From: Lytechinus pictus
Lineage: Eukaryota
DNA: 64,000 nucleotides
NCBI RefSeq assembly: GCF_037042905.1
Contig: NC_087263.1
Coordinates: 13,952,001 to 14,016,000 of the forward strand
Direction: 5' to 3'
Positions 35,901 through 45,604 of this stretch are shown here, piece by piece (within the stretch, counting starts at the first letter, position 1; each line of letters begins with the position of its first letter). The position numbers and the translations under genes are program-made. The notes beneath the pieces were generated by a model. That model was not told the origin of the DNA and ran no database searches. It saw only the letters and a program-made list of their open reading frames with translations.

Positions 35901-38593
35901 CAGGACTGGGGGTTATATAATGACCCTCTGAAGTAAATCGTGTGACTTCCTTAGGTGGCACATAGCTTGGTGAGACCACTGTGGTGCCAGACGGCTCTGA
36001 ACTTCTTGAAGTAATAGGTCCCTCGCTGATATTATCCACATGACCAGTTGTTTCAGAATGGTCCTCTGAAGTAACATGAGTCACTTTCTTCGATGGTTCA
36101 TAACTTGGTGTGATGCCTGTGGTGAAGGACGTTCCTGAAGTGGCTGAGGTGACAGCCATTCCACTGATATTATCAGGGCTTGGCGTCGACCCGTTTCCTA
36201 GATCTGTCCTTACGACTGTAGTCCTTGTTTGATCCCTTTGGGATGCACTAACAATAGGTTGTAAAGTCGATGAACTGGCTGGTGAATTTGTTGTATTTAA
36301 AACATCGCTACTGCTTTTTGTAAAGTTTTGCTCGGAATGTGCCTTTGAAGTTTCCACCAGTAACAGCGGTGTAGTCCCAAGGTTTGTGTGAACGCTGCTA
36401 ACTGTTCTTTGGGAAGGACTACTGACTGGGAACTCAGTTCTAATTTCAGTTGCTTTTGTAGTACTTGTGTTCGTGTATCTTAGGCTCAGGCTGCCAATAG
36501 GTGGCGCTGTGCTGGTTTGAGGTGACGACCATGTTGATTGCACGACGGTTAGTATTGCTGTGGGCAAAAGAAAAATGATAATCAAACATATTTTATTTGA
36601 GCCTGATGAGTGCTGTTGAAAGGGTCACCAGATATTTGAAGAGGACCTCTTTCGTACAGTGAATGTTTCCCAAATTTGTGAAAGGAAAACACTTAGTTTT
36701 AAAAGCCGTGTATAGTCAAAATAAAATTCAATTCAATTTAAAAAAAAAAAAATCCCCAAATTGATATTCTTTTTCATATGTCATACATATCAAATTTTAT
36801 AGTACAATGAAATGAAACAAATGAAATATTTGATATGAATACAGTATACAAACATTATGATGGCGATTAATTTATTAATTAAGCGTGAATCATCTTCAGT
36901 CAAAACACCCTCCCAAAAAAAAAATAAGTTACAGAACCAAATATATCATATGAAGAGTATATCAACTATATAAGATAGTCCTAGGCAATAAAGATTTTAT
37001 CTCAAGTTCAGCGGTCAAAGAAAACTCGGTGACTTCCCCTCTGACTTATGCTTCAGATGGTTAAGGACTACTGGAGGAAATGGCGTCATAAATACATCGA
37101 AAAGGAGTGACTGATAATGGATTTTATTATCGTAAGGACGGAAATCCGAGTTTATTAGCCGGGAAATTCCTTGCCGCAGGACTAGGGATAGTATTGATTT
37201 ATATCACTGTTTCTACACCAGTCTGGAGCTCAGTTAAACATGGTAAACAAAATCTATGAAAAAGTATGTTATATGTACATCTTCAGACGTTATTATCACT
37301 TTCTAAGCGTGTATAGATTTTCATATCGAATGGAAGATTGTCATGTCTCTCGACAAGGTGTAAAAAAATCACATCCGTATATGATGTTTAGTTTTGAGGA
37401 AAAACAAGGAAATAAAACAGCAAAATATTGCGTGAATATTTTACTGATATGAAGTTAGAAATACACCCTTTATTGTATATTTTTGACAAATAACCTTCTA
37501 AAACAGAAATTCCTAATCACGGAGTATAGAAAATAATTAAATGATATTCATGATGAACTCAGAGCCTACACTGTCAGAATCGGATGTAGTTGTAAATGAC
37601 GGACCACCGGTGAGTGTTAGGTAATCACACCATTGCACTGTTAGTTAATCGTCTAACGCAATGGTTGTTGAATAAGGGAAATTAACAACACATTAAACAC
37701 TGAAAGTTTGAATGCATATGCTTAATTAAAGAATTCAGAAGTGCATGGTTTATCACTGAAAGTTTGAATGCATATGCTTAATAAAGAATTCAGAAGTCCA
37801 TGGCTTATCATTCCTTTAAAAGTAATGTATGTTACATTTCAAGCTGCAGCGTAGATATTATCAACATTGACATTTGAATTTTCTTCGGTGCAATATATAG
37901 GATAACAAGCGACATGTGTCGCCTACACTTCGTCAAATCCCTGAGCATTTAGGGATTTCATCAGCGCTGCTAGTTCTGCATAAAACGCTTCAGACAGAAT
38001 GCTCTTTAAGTAATTAACTTATAAATATGGTGAAACATACAAGATATCATCATAAACATCATGCGAAGAACTCTAGCTATGATGACGGTACAGTCGGTAC
38101 GGTCACACCATGGACCCAAGAGAGGTGACGTGGCTAAGTGGGAAAGTGTCCGGGCTTTGAATCACAAGGTCCGAGGTCCGAATCCCACTGCATCTCTCGC
38201 GTCCTTTTGCAAGGCGTTTAACCAAATTTGCCACTCTGCATCCGGGTGTAGTAAATGGATACCCGGTAGGAAGGAATTCCTTGAATGCTCGAGCGTCCGA
38301 TCAGGGTAGCCGTGCTAAAGCCGGGGTAACAGTGTGCAGCGCTTAGTAACATTGCATTAAACGCGATATAACTGTTGCATATTCATTGTTATTATTACAA
38401 TTATTCAATTCAATTATGATAATAATAATTATTATTTATAAGATTTATAACATCGTTATTGTTATCAAAACCACAATTTATGTGTCATTGCACATAACGT
38501 AATAGCTTTTGTCGGTCTAGAGTCGGGTTCGCCTTTGTTACTGTTTCAATAAAAGAGAAAATACTTACCAACGATGTGTACGAGTAACTCCAT
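667..38593 (-). CDS. Receptor-type protein tyrosine phosphatase, R3 subtype (PTPRB/PTPRJ/PTP10D-like) with N-terminal mucin-like domain; 16 coding exons in window, 3'-partial
   Basis: Manual splice assembly: 38569-38593, 34773-36557, 33836-34126, 13578-13862, 12599-12943, 9668-9940, 9040-9173, 8062-8160, 7541-7607, 6872-7018, 6260-6388, 5410-5551, 4621-4688, 4081-4183, 1150-1251, 667-748. All AG/GT, phases match, sum 4077 nt with no internal stop. R3 motifs: CNGPL, F.D.NG.I..VIVAE, SRP...ADSNY..S.EYE. Confidence 0.9.
1150..1251 (-). CDS. RPTP juxtamembrane cytoplasmic exon
   Basis: CATTGTACAG|A ... TCCAG|GTAAAA, 102 nt, phase 2-2. [34 protein letters not shown]. Confidence 0.85.
1975..2643. 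mobile_element. CACAGTGTG-rich non-autonomous element (TIR about CTGCTGGAAAGAACA)
   Basis: Starts CTGCTAGGGAGAACA and ends TGTTCTTTCCAGCA. Internal ACACTGTGA arrays. Related copies are dispersed through the window. Confidence 0.65.
4081..4183 (-). CDS. RPTP transmembrane exon
   Basis: TTTTAACAG|CT ... TTCAG|GTATGT, 103 nt. [30 protein letters not shown] followed by the basic stop-transfer RKFR. Confidence 0.93.
4232..4392. repeat. Imperfect (ATC)n microsatellite
   Basis: Runs of ATC/CATCAT. Confidence 0.85.
4621..4688 (-). CDS. RPTP exon, last extracellular segment
   Basis: CATATGCAG|A ... TTAC|GTATGT, 68 nt, phase 2-1. [22 protein letters not shown] (a different frame from the ORF-track call). 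Confidence 0.85.
4870..5490 (-). repeat. Degenerate ~155-bp tandem copies of the 3' half and donor site of the CNGPL exon
   Basis: AATACTTACACAT at 5248 and 5401; CCCATTACAGTACA...TCATATGAACA.TCCTCTGT at ~5120 and ~5436. Confidence 0.8.
5410..5551 (-). CDS. RPTP exon, membrane-proximal domain part 3 (RRKR site, YCNGPL)
   Basis: TTCTTTCAG|GT ... TATGT|GTAAGT, 142 nt. [47 protein letters not shown]. Confidence 0.92.
6260..6388 (-). CDS. RPTP exon, membrane-proximal domain part 2
   Basis: TTCTTCCAG|CC ... CAAG|GTATGA, 129 nt. [34 protein letters not shown] (W....PYQ motif of R3 RPTPs). Confidence 0.88.
6872..7018 (-). CDS. RPTP exon, R3 membrane-proximal domain part 1
   Basis: TTGCTCAG|TT ... 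AGTG|GTGAGA, 147 nt. [48 protein letters not shown]. Confidence 0.88.
7541..7607 (-). CDS. RPTP exon, end of the split FN3 domain
   Basis: CATCACAG|GTG ... ACTA|GTAAGT, 67 nt. [22 protein letters not shown] (V.A.N..G.G FN3 motif). Confidence 0.88.
8062..8160 (-). CDS. RPTP exon, middle part of the split FN3 domain
   Basis: CTTTCTCCAG|GGA ... ACA|GTAAGA, 99 nt, phase 0-0. [33 protein letters not shown]. Confidence 0.88.
8452..9000. repeat. (TATC)n/(CATC)n microsatellite
   Basis: Long TCTA tracts with interspersed CCAT and TGACAAACTAATTACC higher-order units. Confidence 0.97.
9040..9173 (-). CDS. RPTP exon, first part of a split FN3 domain
   Basis: CTCTGCAG|GG ... AGC|GTAAGA, 134 nt. [44 protein letters not shown]. 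Confidence 0.88.
9668..9940 (-). CDS. RPTP exon, canonical FN3 domain
   Basis: CTCAACAG|CC ... ACAA|GTAAGA, 273 nt. [24 protein letters not shown]...[16 protein letters not shown]. Confidence 0.95.
10293..10473. mobile_element. MITE, TIR about GGGTGTTTCATAAAGCTGTTCGTA (PIF/Harbinger-like)
   Basis: TTTCATAAAGCTGTTCGTA ... TACGGACAGCTTTATGAAA. Related copy at 24231-24390. Confidence 0.75.
10587..12020. repeat. 84-bp minisatellite (~17 copies), degenerating to ~12440
   Basis: GTGAGTTCCAGAGTGTGTAA starts at 10626, 10710, 10794, 10878. This repeat generates the C/V/S-rich ORF-track calls. Confidence 0.95.
12599..12943 (-). CDS. RPTP exon, FN3 domain with Cys-containing insert
   Basis: AACCTAG|CA ... 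ATAC|GTAAGT, 345 nt. [21 protein letters not shown]...[23 protein letters not shown]. Confidence 0.92.
13171..13458. mobile_element. Degenerate CACAGTGTG-family element
   Basis: TGGAAAGTTCACAG ... GTGAACACACTG ... TTTTTCAAGCAG. Confidence 0.5.
13578..13862 (-). CDS. RPTP exon, FN3 domain
   Basis: TACCCAG|GT ... TTGC|GTAAGT, 285 nt. [25 protein letters not shown]...[15 protein letters not shown]. Confidence 0.88.
16386..16627. mobile_element. Fold-back MITE, TIR CACTGCAAAAACTCCGGTGTTGATTTAACACCAGCCCG
   Basis: Almost entirely palindromic. Sister copies at 39134-39385 and 45605-45847. Confidence 0.9.
16988..17303. mobile_element. MITE, TIR GGCCCGTA(A/T)TCTGAAGTC.GGTTTAAC
   Basis: GGCCCGTAATCTGAAGTCAGGTTTAAC ... 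GTTAAACCCGACTTCAGAATACGGGCC. Confidence 0.85.
20555..21131. mobile_element. TTAA-type MITE with ~190-bp imperfect inverted arms; left tip eroded
   Basis: GAGATCACTAATGC.ATG.AGATCCTCCCATTGGCAATGCG is mirrored at 20960-21005. Ends TCTCCTTTAA. Confidence 0.8.
22225..22745. repeat. Diverged direct duplication (~340-bp period)
   Basis: TGAGAACA.TAAC...TGTCCT.ACG...TGTGGGACTGATGTGA.AGTTT...GGGGACTAGGAT occurs twice. Confidence 0.75.
24231..24390. mobile_element. MITE related to 10293-10473
   Basis: GGGTGTTTCATAATTCTGTTCGTAA ... TTACGAACAGCTTTATGAAACAC. Confidence 0.75.
24652..24977. repeat. Three tandem ~95-bp palindromic MITE-like units
   Basis: GTCACAC..CCGACTCCAGACCGAT...ATCGGTCGGTTTGGAGTCGG...GTGTGAC x3. 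Solo copies at ~58365-58460 and ~61499-61598, fragment at ~38485-38540. Confidence 0.85.
25205..25535. repeat. Compound (ATC)/(AAC)/(ACC) microsatellite
   Basis: Direct trinucleotide runs. Confidence 0.92.
25832..25849 (-). promoter_or_regulatory. CTCF-like binding motif
   Basis: The minus strand reads TTCCACTAGAGGGCGCCA, close to the CTCF core CCASYAGRKGGCRS. Confidence 0.5.
26821..27005. mobile_element. ~185-bp palindromic element with central GC hairpin
   Basis: AGATATTGA.TGATGGGGT..ACATTCTTTGGACCGCC pairs with GGCGGTCCAAAGAATGT..ACCCCATCAATCAATATCT. Centre TTTTCCCGAAGCGCGCAGCGCTGAGGGAAAA. Confidence 0.75.
28119..29288. mobile_element. Non-autonomous hAT-like element (CAGTGGCG...CGCCACTG), 8-bp TSD, internal ~120-bp repeats
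   Basis: TIR CAGTGGCGTA/TACGCCACTG. Flanks CTGCCATG and CTGCCATC. Recurrent GCTCGCGCTTCGCGCTCGCA motifs inside. Confidence 0.85.
33148..33370 (+). mobile_element. tRNA-derived SINE
   Basis: A box TGGCTCAGTGG, B box GGTTCGATCC, body GTCATACCAAAGACTTTAAAATGGGACC, A/TTA-rich tail. Confidence 0.75.
33836..34126 (-). CDS. RPTP exon, divergent Cys-rich FN3-like domain
   Basis: CCCCTTTCTAG|CT ... AGTG|GTAAGT, 291 nt, phase 1-1. [24 protein letters not shown]...[30 protein letters not shown] has an FN3-type G..Y...V.A end. Confidence 0.85.
34773..36557 (-). CDS. RPTP mucin-like Ser/Thr/Pro-rich extracellular exon (1785 nt, phase 1-1)
   Basis: Lies within the 640-aa ORF 34663-36585. Acceptor TTTTGCCCACAG|CA, donor CCAG|GTATTT. 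Very S/T-rich with several N-x-S/T sequons. Confidence 0.9.
35622..36174 (-). repeat. Four coding 138-bp (46-aa) tandem repeats within the mucin exon
   Basis: DNIS/DNIS/DNVS/DIT ... PSY.P.(K/E)EV...TSE.HS.T recur at 138-nt spacing (GATATTATC at 36166 and 36028, GACATTATC at 35890). Confidence 0.85.
37698..37810. repeat. 56-bp tandem duplication
   Basis: CACTGAAAGTTTGAATGCATATGCTTAAT(T)AAAGAATTCAGAAGT.CATGG.TTAT x2. Confidence 0.9.
38123..38397 (+). mobile_element. tRNA-derived SINE with Deu/Nin-like core and L2-type tail
   Basis: TGGCTAAGTGG, GGTCCGAATCC, CATCCGGGTGTAGTAAATGGATACCCGG, tail AACGCGATATAA..(ATT)n. Confidence 0.75.
38569..38593 (-). CDS. RPTP first coding exon (start codon, signal peptide); exon spans 38569-38615 including 5'UTR
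   Basis: TTTTACAG acceptor, ATG GAG TTA CTC GTA CAC ATC GTT G|GTAAGT. Spliced to the mucin exon it gives [22 protein letters not shown], a signal-peptide-like N-terminus. Confidence 0.75.
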
Positions 38594-38803
38594 TATTCCT
38601 GATCGATAGACAGATCTGTAAAATCAAGATAAATGTAGATAAAGAGAAGAGGGAATGAAAAACCAATAGTAATTATGCGCGTCACATTAGTAAATGAGGA
38701 CTGCGAAGTTAAGTGAAGTGCGAGACCGTCCAAGCCCGCACAATTGCAGAAGGAAGGAAGTATATACCAGGAACCAAATCGGGGATACTGATGACTCCAA
38801 ATT

Positions 38804-39050
38804 CACTCTAAACAAATATTGGGTAAAAGTGCTCCATGAGGGTAATCATGTGTCTAACCAACATTGGGCATTCCTTTTGGGCATTTTTATTTATCCAGTG
38901 TGATAAAAAGCTTGCCCATTCTAAAGTAATTGCTACTTAATTTTTAACCTTACTGGACAATATGCTTCCCGCATTGGGTAAAATACTGCCCCAAATTGGT
39001 TGGACACATAATTACCCTCATGGTGGTAAAAAAATTACCCAATGTTTCAA
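38804..39050. mobile_element. Palindromic MITE remnant
   Basis: ATTGGGTAAA..CCATGAGGGTAAT.ATGTGTC.AACCAA pairs with TTGGTTGGACACATAATTACCCTCATGG..TTACCCAAT. Confidence 0.7.
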
Positions 39051-39133
39051 CTTGTTACGTTCCCTTCTGTGTGACGCTGTCAAAATCAATGGATAAAGGC
39101 TTGGATAACACACAAATCTTGCCAAGATATGCA

Positions 39134-39385
39134 CACTGCAGAAACTCCGGTGTTCGTTTAACACTAGCCTGGCATCTATATCGGTCCACACCAGAGAGGT
39201 GTTGAAACAACACCAGTTTGGCGTTAGGCTAACACCAATTTGGTATTTAAGCAACACCAATTAGTGTTATACGGTATATACCAATATCGGTTTTATTCTT
39301 AACTGGTTTTGTTTCAACGCTTCTCTGTTGTGGACCGATATAGATACCAGGCTGGTATTAAATCAACACCAGCGTTTTTGCAGTG
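39134..39385. mobile_element. CACTGCAAAAAC fold-back MITE, copy 2
   Basis: Colinear with 16386-16627. Confidence 0.85.
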
Positions 39386-39398
39386 TACATACATCACA

Positions 39399-39860
39399 AC
39401 TGGAAAGACCACATTGTCCTACAAAGTGTAGACAGTGTGGAACACCTGCATGTGGATTGTGGAATCATCACAATATCGAAACCGAGCATTTTATCTTTAC
39501 TAATCATACCTGCACATTGTAGGTGAGCAAACTCACACTGTCGAGGTGAACACGGTGTGAAATTGTGTTCACACTGCTAAATTTAGCATTTAACAGTGAA
39601 AAATCACACCTTCACACAGTCCATTATATACATTGTATGTGAACGCTCCCTAGAACAGTGTGAACATAATTCCACGCTGTGGTCATCTGTACAGTTTACG
39701 TTTTCACAGTATGTTCACATAGTAGACGATGTTTTTAAAGAGTGTGATTTGCTTTGTTTCACTGCTTTCTTTTAACAGTGTGGATGTGATTTCCCACTAT
39801 ACTCAAACTTTTTTTCACACTATGAGCACACCGTGCGATATTGTGTTCTTTCTAGACAGG
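39399..39860. mobile_element. CACAGTGTG-family element
   Basis: CTGGAAAGACCACA ... TGTGTTCTTTCTAGACAGG. Confidence 0.65.
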
Positions 39861-40339
39861 ATATGTCAGGCTCCTCAGGCAAGGTATCACGGTACTGCAG
39901 AGAAGTCAGTGTAAATAGGTACAACAGTGTGATTTTCTTTCACAAAGTGCCACTTCTGTCAGTTACCTCCTTTTTGCGTTCAAGAGCGGAATGGATTGAA
40001 AGGCTTCAATTTCTTACTTCCTTTTTGTTCAGAGATGTTACACTATTCATGCTAAACAGGTAATGATTTTCAACGTAGTCAATGCCAAGAATGAAGGAAG
40101 TAATAATGTATCATATTGACAGAGTGCGGTTAACTCTTCTTTCAAAACAGGTTTTCCCCCAATGTTTGGTATTTAGATAAAACATATTGTTTGTGGGATG
40201 AAATAACCCCAATGCTGTGCCTATTCACGCATTGTCGTGTGAATATACCCACGAAACGTGCCTTTTACCTGGAGGTATATGCATTTCACTAATATTTCAC
40301 CCTAAAATATACAAAGTATGTTACTTTTTACACTGAAAA

Positions 40340-40970
40340 AATACAGTGTATGTACATTGTGTTTACAATGTGTCCACAGTATGAGCACAGTGTGTGCATA
40401 TGTTCAGTGTCTTCCCAGTGTGCTTACAAAGAGTTTACAATTCGTTCAGTGTGTACACAGTATGTCCACAGTATTTACTTGTGTTTACAATGTGCTCACA
40501 GTTTAAAGCGTATTTTCAACGTGTTTATAATTTGTTTACAGTATATTTGATATGTGCTCACAGTGTTATCACAGCGTGTTCACAGTGTGTTCGCATAGCG
40601 AACCATGTGAAGATGTGATTCACACGCACAGTGTGGAGTTAATTTGTCACTGTGGACATTTCGACACTGCTTTTGGACTAATAATAACATTAACCGTTGT
40701 TCACACTCTTCGAATTCAACAATCTGAAGGTGATTTCACATTGTGTCCCACACTGTGAACACACTGGGGAATTCCGCACTCTTTCAAGCAAGAATTATCC
40801 AGAGACAATTTTTAAAGATAATCTCATACTGTGGGTACATCTAAGGCGCTAGTGTTCAGTAAGTGTTCACATTTAGGTCTATGTGATCATGTGAAAGCTC
40901 AAATTTAGCAGTGTGAAAGTAATTTCACACTGAGCTCCGCACATTGGGAAAGTGTGTTATTTCCAGAAGG
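40340..40970. mobile_element. CACAGTGTG-family element, left end degraded
   Basis: CACAGTGT arrays; ends GTGTTATTTCCAGAAGG. Confidence 0.55.
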
Positions 40971-42487
40971 AATATGCTGCCGCAATTTCATATTTCCTGT
41001 CATGACCAGTGCATAGCAGATCCGCTTCTAACATATCAAACTTTATGTAACCCAGTTAAGGATGAAGTCAGTAAAACCATTCTTCGTTGGTATGGGTAGA
41101 TATGGCTAAATGAAAATTTTGCTACAGGCCTTTATGAATCAATCATCCAACTAAATAGCCCCAAATCAAAACTCAAAACCGACTTACTATTATCGATTGA
41201 CAGATTCTTTTGTTGATCAATGTTTTTATTAGCATGATTAGGGCAAAGTACTTTACACTGTAGAAAAGCTGCAATATAAGTTCTGACAACACACTTTACA
41301 GTAATAAATAACAGTAAATTTGTAAACCGGAACGAAGATTTTGGTCATTCCAATATTACAAATGTTTTAACACTGGCAAGTGTTTTATTATCAGAAATCT
41401 CGTATTTAAAGTGAAAATAATTGAGAACTTTATAATGATGAACGCGATATTCGTACCCGATAACAATGTAATATCATTATCATATCAAATAATTTACCTT
41501 TATCAGACAAACTACCTGGTTCAGGAACCATTAGACAAAAAACATTTGTCCGTATACATCCTAAGACCTAGTGTAGGAATATTACTTGTGCGAAGGTCTT
41601 ATCCTTGAAAAATTAGTCTACTCCTATCATGCCTGTGATGTACATATATTCCAGGAAAGCGGTGAGATATATCGGAGAGAAAACAATAGGCCTATTTTGG
41701 CGTCATCCACACTGACGATCCGAAAAGCACACAGTTCATGTACCTTCTGCTCCGTTGTCGTCATAAACATATTTTTGACTAAATGATTTCAAGATGCAAA
41801 CGAGCAACTAGGGCCTACCTGAAGATATAATTTAACTCAGTAAGCAATCAGCCCCACTTCTTATTTCATGCATCTTGGCAATGAAAGCAATAATTTCCCC
41901 GATAAAACTTTGTGATTCCCCCACAAATACGCGTCCATCCATACACTGTCGTTTATCATTATGCATTTCTCCTTGCACTATCAGATGCTCAACCACAACT
42001 TCAAAACAATTTGCCGTCTTGTTGAAAAAGTGAAAGTATTATCTCCTTATGGAAAAGGATCGAAATAGCAGCCTCACAAAATCTGAAAGGAATATATCCG
42101 CTATTATAATCATACAATGGGGGAGATAAGCGGTTAGTACTGAACTGTTCGACCAGCGCGTCAATAACATGCTTCTAATAGCCTATTTGGCTCTGTGCGA
42201 AAGGCGCAACAAGAATGGTTATCGACCCATACACGAAGATGTACGGATGGGACTATGTCTGACGACACCTAGCAGTAATTGAATGGACTGGAGGGGATAT
42301 GACTATCCTGGTCAAGCGTGAAAAGCGGTTATATGGATTCGAGGAAAGAAATCTATTCCTGAAGCTTTTGATATGGACGCATTCCAGCGGTGTCATCTGA
42401 ACTTTTTTGAGTATGTAAACCTGAAAGTTTCTGATTTCATTTATTTCATGATCATTCGATTTGACTTGACGTGACCGTTCAATTAGT

Positions 42488-42997
42488 CAAAGGGGAAAAT
42501 TCACCCAGACCCATAAAAGGTTTATTGTAAAAATAGCAGAAAAGGAATTATTATGGGTGAAAATTTGAGGAAAATCCATCAAAGATTAAGTTATTACCAT
42601 TATATTATTTTTATTTTGGACTTCATGTGCGAGCAACTTCCCGAGATATCATGTAGTAAGTATCAATAACATGCCACCACCCAAATTAAAATATTTTTAT
42701 TGTGACATTCAAGTTAGTATGTCAGCAGAGAAATAATTTCATACCCACTTCTAAAAGGAACAAAATAATATAGTCATCTTGACGTGAACCATTAAAAATA
42801 AATGAAATTTATGCATTTATATTGCATAACATATGGGGCAGCTACTCGTATATGACGTCACATATCAAAAACATAAAGTCCTAATTTTTTTTCATATTTG
42901 ATGAATTTTCCTCAAAGTAAACCTTCAACAATATTTTTTCTCATATCTTTTGGTACTTTTACAATAATCTTTTCTTCAAGGCGAACTGGGCCTTTAA
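42488..42997. mobile_element. Diverged TTAA-type MITE (AAAGGGGAA.TTCACCC family)
   Basis: AAAGGGGAAAATTCACCC ... GGCGAACTGGGCCTTTAA. Internal inverted GCAGCT.CTCGTA.TGACGTCAC motif. Confidence 0.7.
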
Positions 42998-43339
42998 AAG
43001 CCAAGTGCATCCGAGAAAGAACACAGCCCAAAAGTGTGTTTCCACAGTGTGTTCACACTTCCCAGTGTGGATCATAGTACGACATCCCCTTCACATTGTT
43101 GAATTTGAGCACTTTAACAACGTGAATCACATACTGCAGTTGATTAGCATGACACTGTAGAAGAGTCCACAGTGTGAACAATGAAGTAGCACATCTTGAC
43201 TTACATTGAAACATAATGTGAGACACTGTTCTTTTCAGCAACTATTACCCCAACCAGTTGAGGTGTGTATACAGGCCCCAGTGAGATAGAAAAAAAACCT
43301 CTACACACTGATAATTTCTTAAAAATTAGATGCAAAATA

Positions 43340-43799
43340 CCCGGGGGTGGGGCAGTCAAATATATTGCTGTACACACACGTGACCCCACCCCCAAAAATA
43401 CACGTTTAAAGGTGTGTTTTTTCAGTTTTGGACGCGGGCCGCGCGTACACTCATTAAGGCTATCAAAAACACCGATTTTCCAAAAAAAAGGTAGTTTTGA
43501 TAATCTGGTCATTGGTCAATCGCAGGGTCAAACGTATTTAGGGAATTATTTTTTCCAAAGCTTTTTTTTAACTAGCCAAACGTGTTTAGGGTATGTTTTT
43601 CCCCCAAGCTTTTTCCACGGGGTCATATTCTGGCGACAACCTGTTTAGGGGCCAAAATGTGTAAATAAAGCCCGCGAAAAACTTGTTTAGGGGGCTATTT
43701 TGCACACAGAGAAAAACTCGTTTAGTGGATGTTTGGAAATAATTTGGCCACGCGTGTGTACAGCAATACATTTGACTTTTGACTGCCCCCCCCCCCCGG
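43340..43799. mobile_element. MITE, TIR CCGGGGGGGGGCAGTCAAA, 8-bp TSD
   Basis: GCAAAATA on both sides. Inverted-orientation copy at 61616-62041. Confidence 0.9.
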
Positions 43800-44002
43800 G
43801 CAAAATATGAGAATTTACGGTGGCGTTTTAAAGTTTTGCTTAGTTTCCTAAAACAGTTTTATGCACAACATGGGTCGTTGGCAAACGAGGGAATCGATGA
43901 CATCACATTCGCAAATTTTCGGGGGAAGCTTCGGGTTGGAAAGGAGGGGGGGGGGGGGAGGGCATGCAAATCCTATTCCACGTTATACGTAGGGGTATGG
44001 CA

Positions 44003-44484
44003 AGAGGGGAAGTTCACCTTGAATGAAATTTTTTTGCAAAAATATCAGAAAAAACAATAAAAAAATACTGTTGAAGATGTCAGAAAATCCATCACCGATA
44101 ACTTATTTTTAAAAGAAAGTTATGATAATTTAACGGTTTATGATTTGCGACGTCATACGAGCAGCTACACCATATTTCATAAATAAAATGCACAAATTTA
44201 TTTTTTTAACGGTTCATGATGACTATAAATTTGTTCTTCATGAACGGGTGTAAAATGATTTTCTGTTGATATACTAAAGGTACAATAAAAATTAATATAT
44301 TTTTAAAAATAAATACATTTTTAAAGTTTTTTAAAGGATATAAATTGTGTGAAAGAAAGCTGCTCGGATATCAAATCAAAACACAAAAGATCTAATAATA
44401 TTTTGTTATCTTGTATTGCTTTTCTCACACCTATTTTATTGCAAGTTTTACCATATACTTTGTGTCAGGGTGAACTTCCCCTTT
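44003..44484. mobile_element. TTAA-type MITE (AGGGGAAGTTCACC.TGA)
   Basis: AGGGGAAGTTCACCTTGA ... TCAGGGTGAACTTCCCCT. Same family as 1-244. Confidence 0.8.
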
Positions 44485-45604
44485 GAAAGTTCTAAAGTCG
44501 TAAGGTACATGGACACAAAATGTCTCATTCCCCGACCTGCTTCTTTTGAAGTTACATGAACTGGATTGAACTCTATCTTTAAATCGAATCAACCGAGCGA
44601 GCAAAATTAGATTCCAATGATCCCCACTTCTTCCAAAGATGAGACGAGGTGTTAACGGCACACGGACAGGGATGTAATGGAAGGTGACACAATCTCAGGT
44701 ATATGGGACCACAGGCAGGGCAATTGATCTCGCTGTAAGCTCCTTTTATTTCGCGTAATTACTCGAATAGATACCTTTGCCTCGAGGACAGGGTTAGGCT
44801 ACGTGGTCATGAATCAACTTGGGCCGACAAAGTCAGGGATCGACTCCAAATCAAGATAATCTTAAAGTGTTTGCGAACTGCCCCACACTGTCTTGTTTCT
44901 CATTGACTATGCGTTATAAAGAGCTATTCTTAACACATACGTTTTAAAATGGAGGGGTGTGGTGACGTCACACTTACCCATTGCATACCTTATTTGATTA
45001 TTAATTAATTAATTAATTAATTAATTCATTTATTTTTTTCATTCATTTATCTATTTATTTATTTTCAATTTATTCATTTATTTGGGGTGGATAAAACGAC
45101 GTATGGACGCACACTAAATGACAATCCATTTACATTGAGAACATGTGTATCTATATTGGTATCAGTCGATAACATGGGCTATCCTACCTACCACCATCAT
45201 TTAACCACTCAAATCATCCCAATTCTTTCACCCATCGAACTCCTCACAACTTTCTCAGCAGGCTTAGCCTAACAGCAAGACTGAAATAATTCACTGTTTT
45301 TACTCTTCGGGTCCATGGTATACATGGTATACCCGAGATTTAAAGAATGTCAGTTTAGAAAGCAGAGGGCACTTTCAAGCAAGTGTATAGGTTCTTAGTA
45401 ACAATGTCCTTACTGGAAAGAGCAGAATGTCCCACAGTGAAACCCACAATGTGATCAACACAGTGTGAAATAAAATTCAGTGTTGAATATGAGCGTTTTA
45501 ACAGTGTGAATAATATTTTCACATACTCCACTCTATGAACACAATGTGAACACACCGGGTGACACATTACTTTCCACCAGAGGTGTAACAGCTTAACACT
45601 ATTA

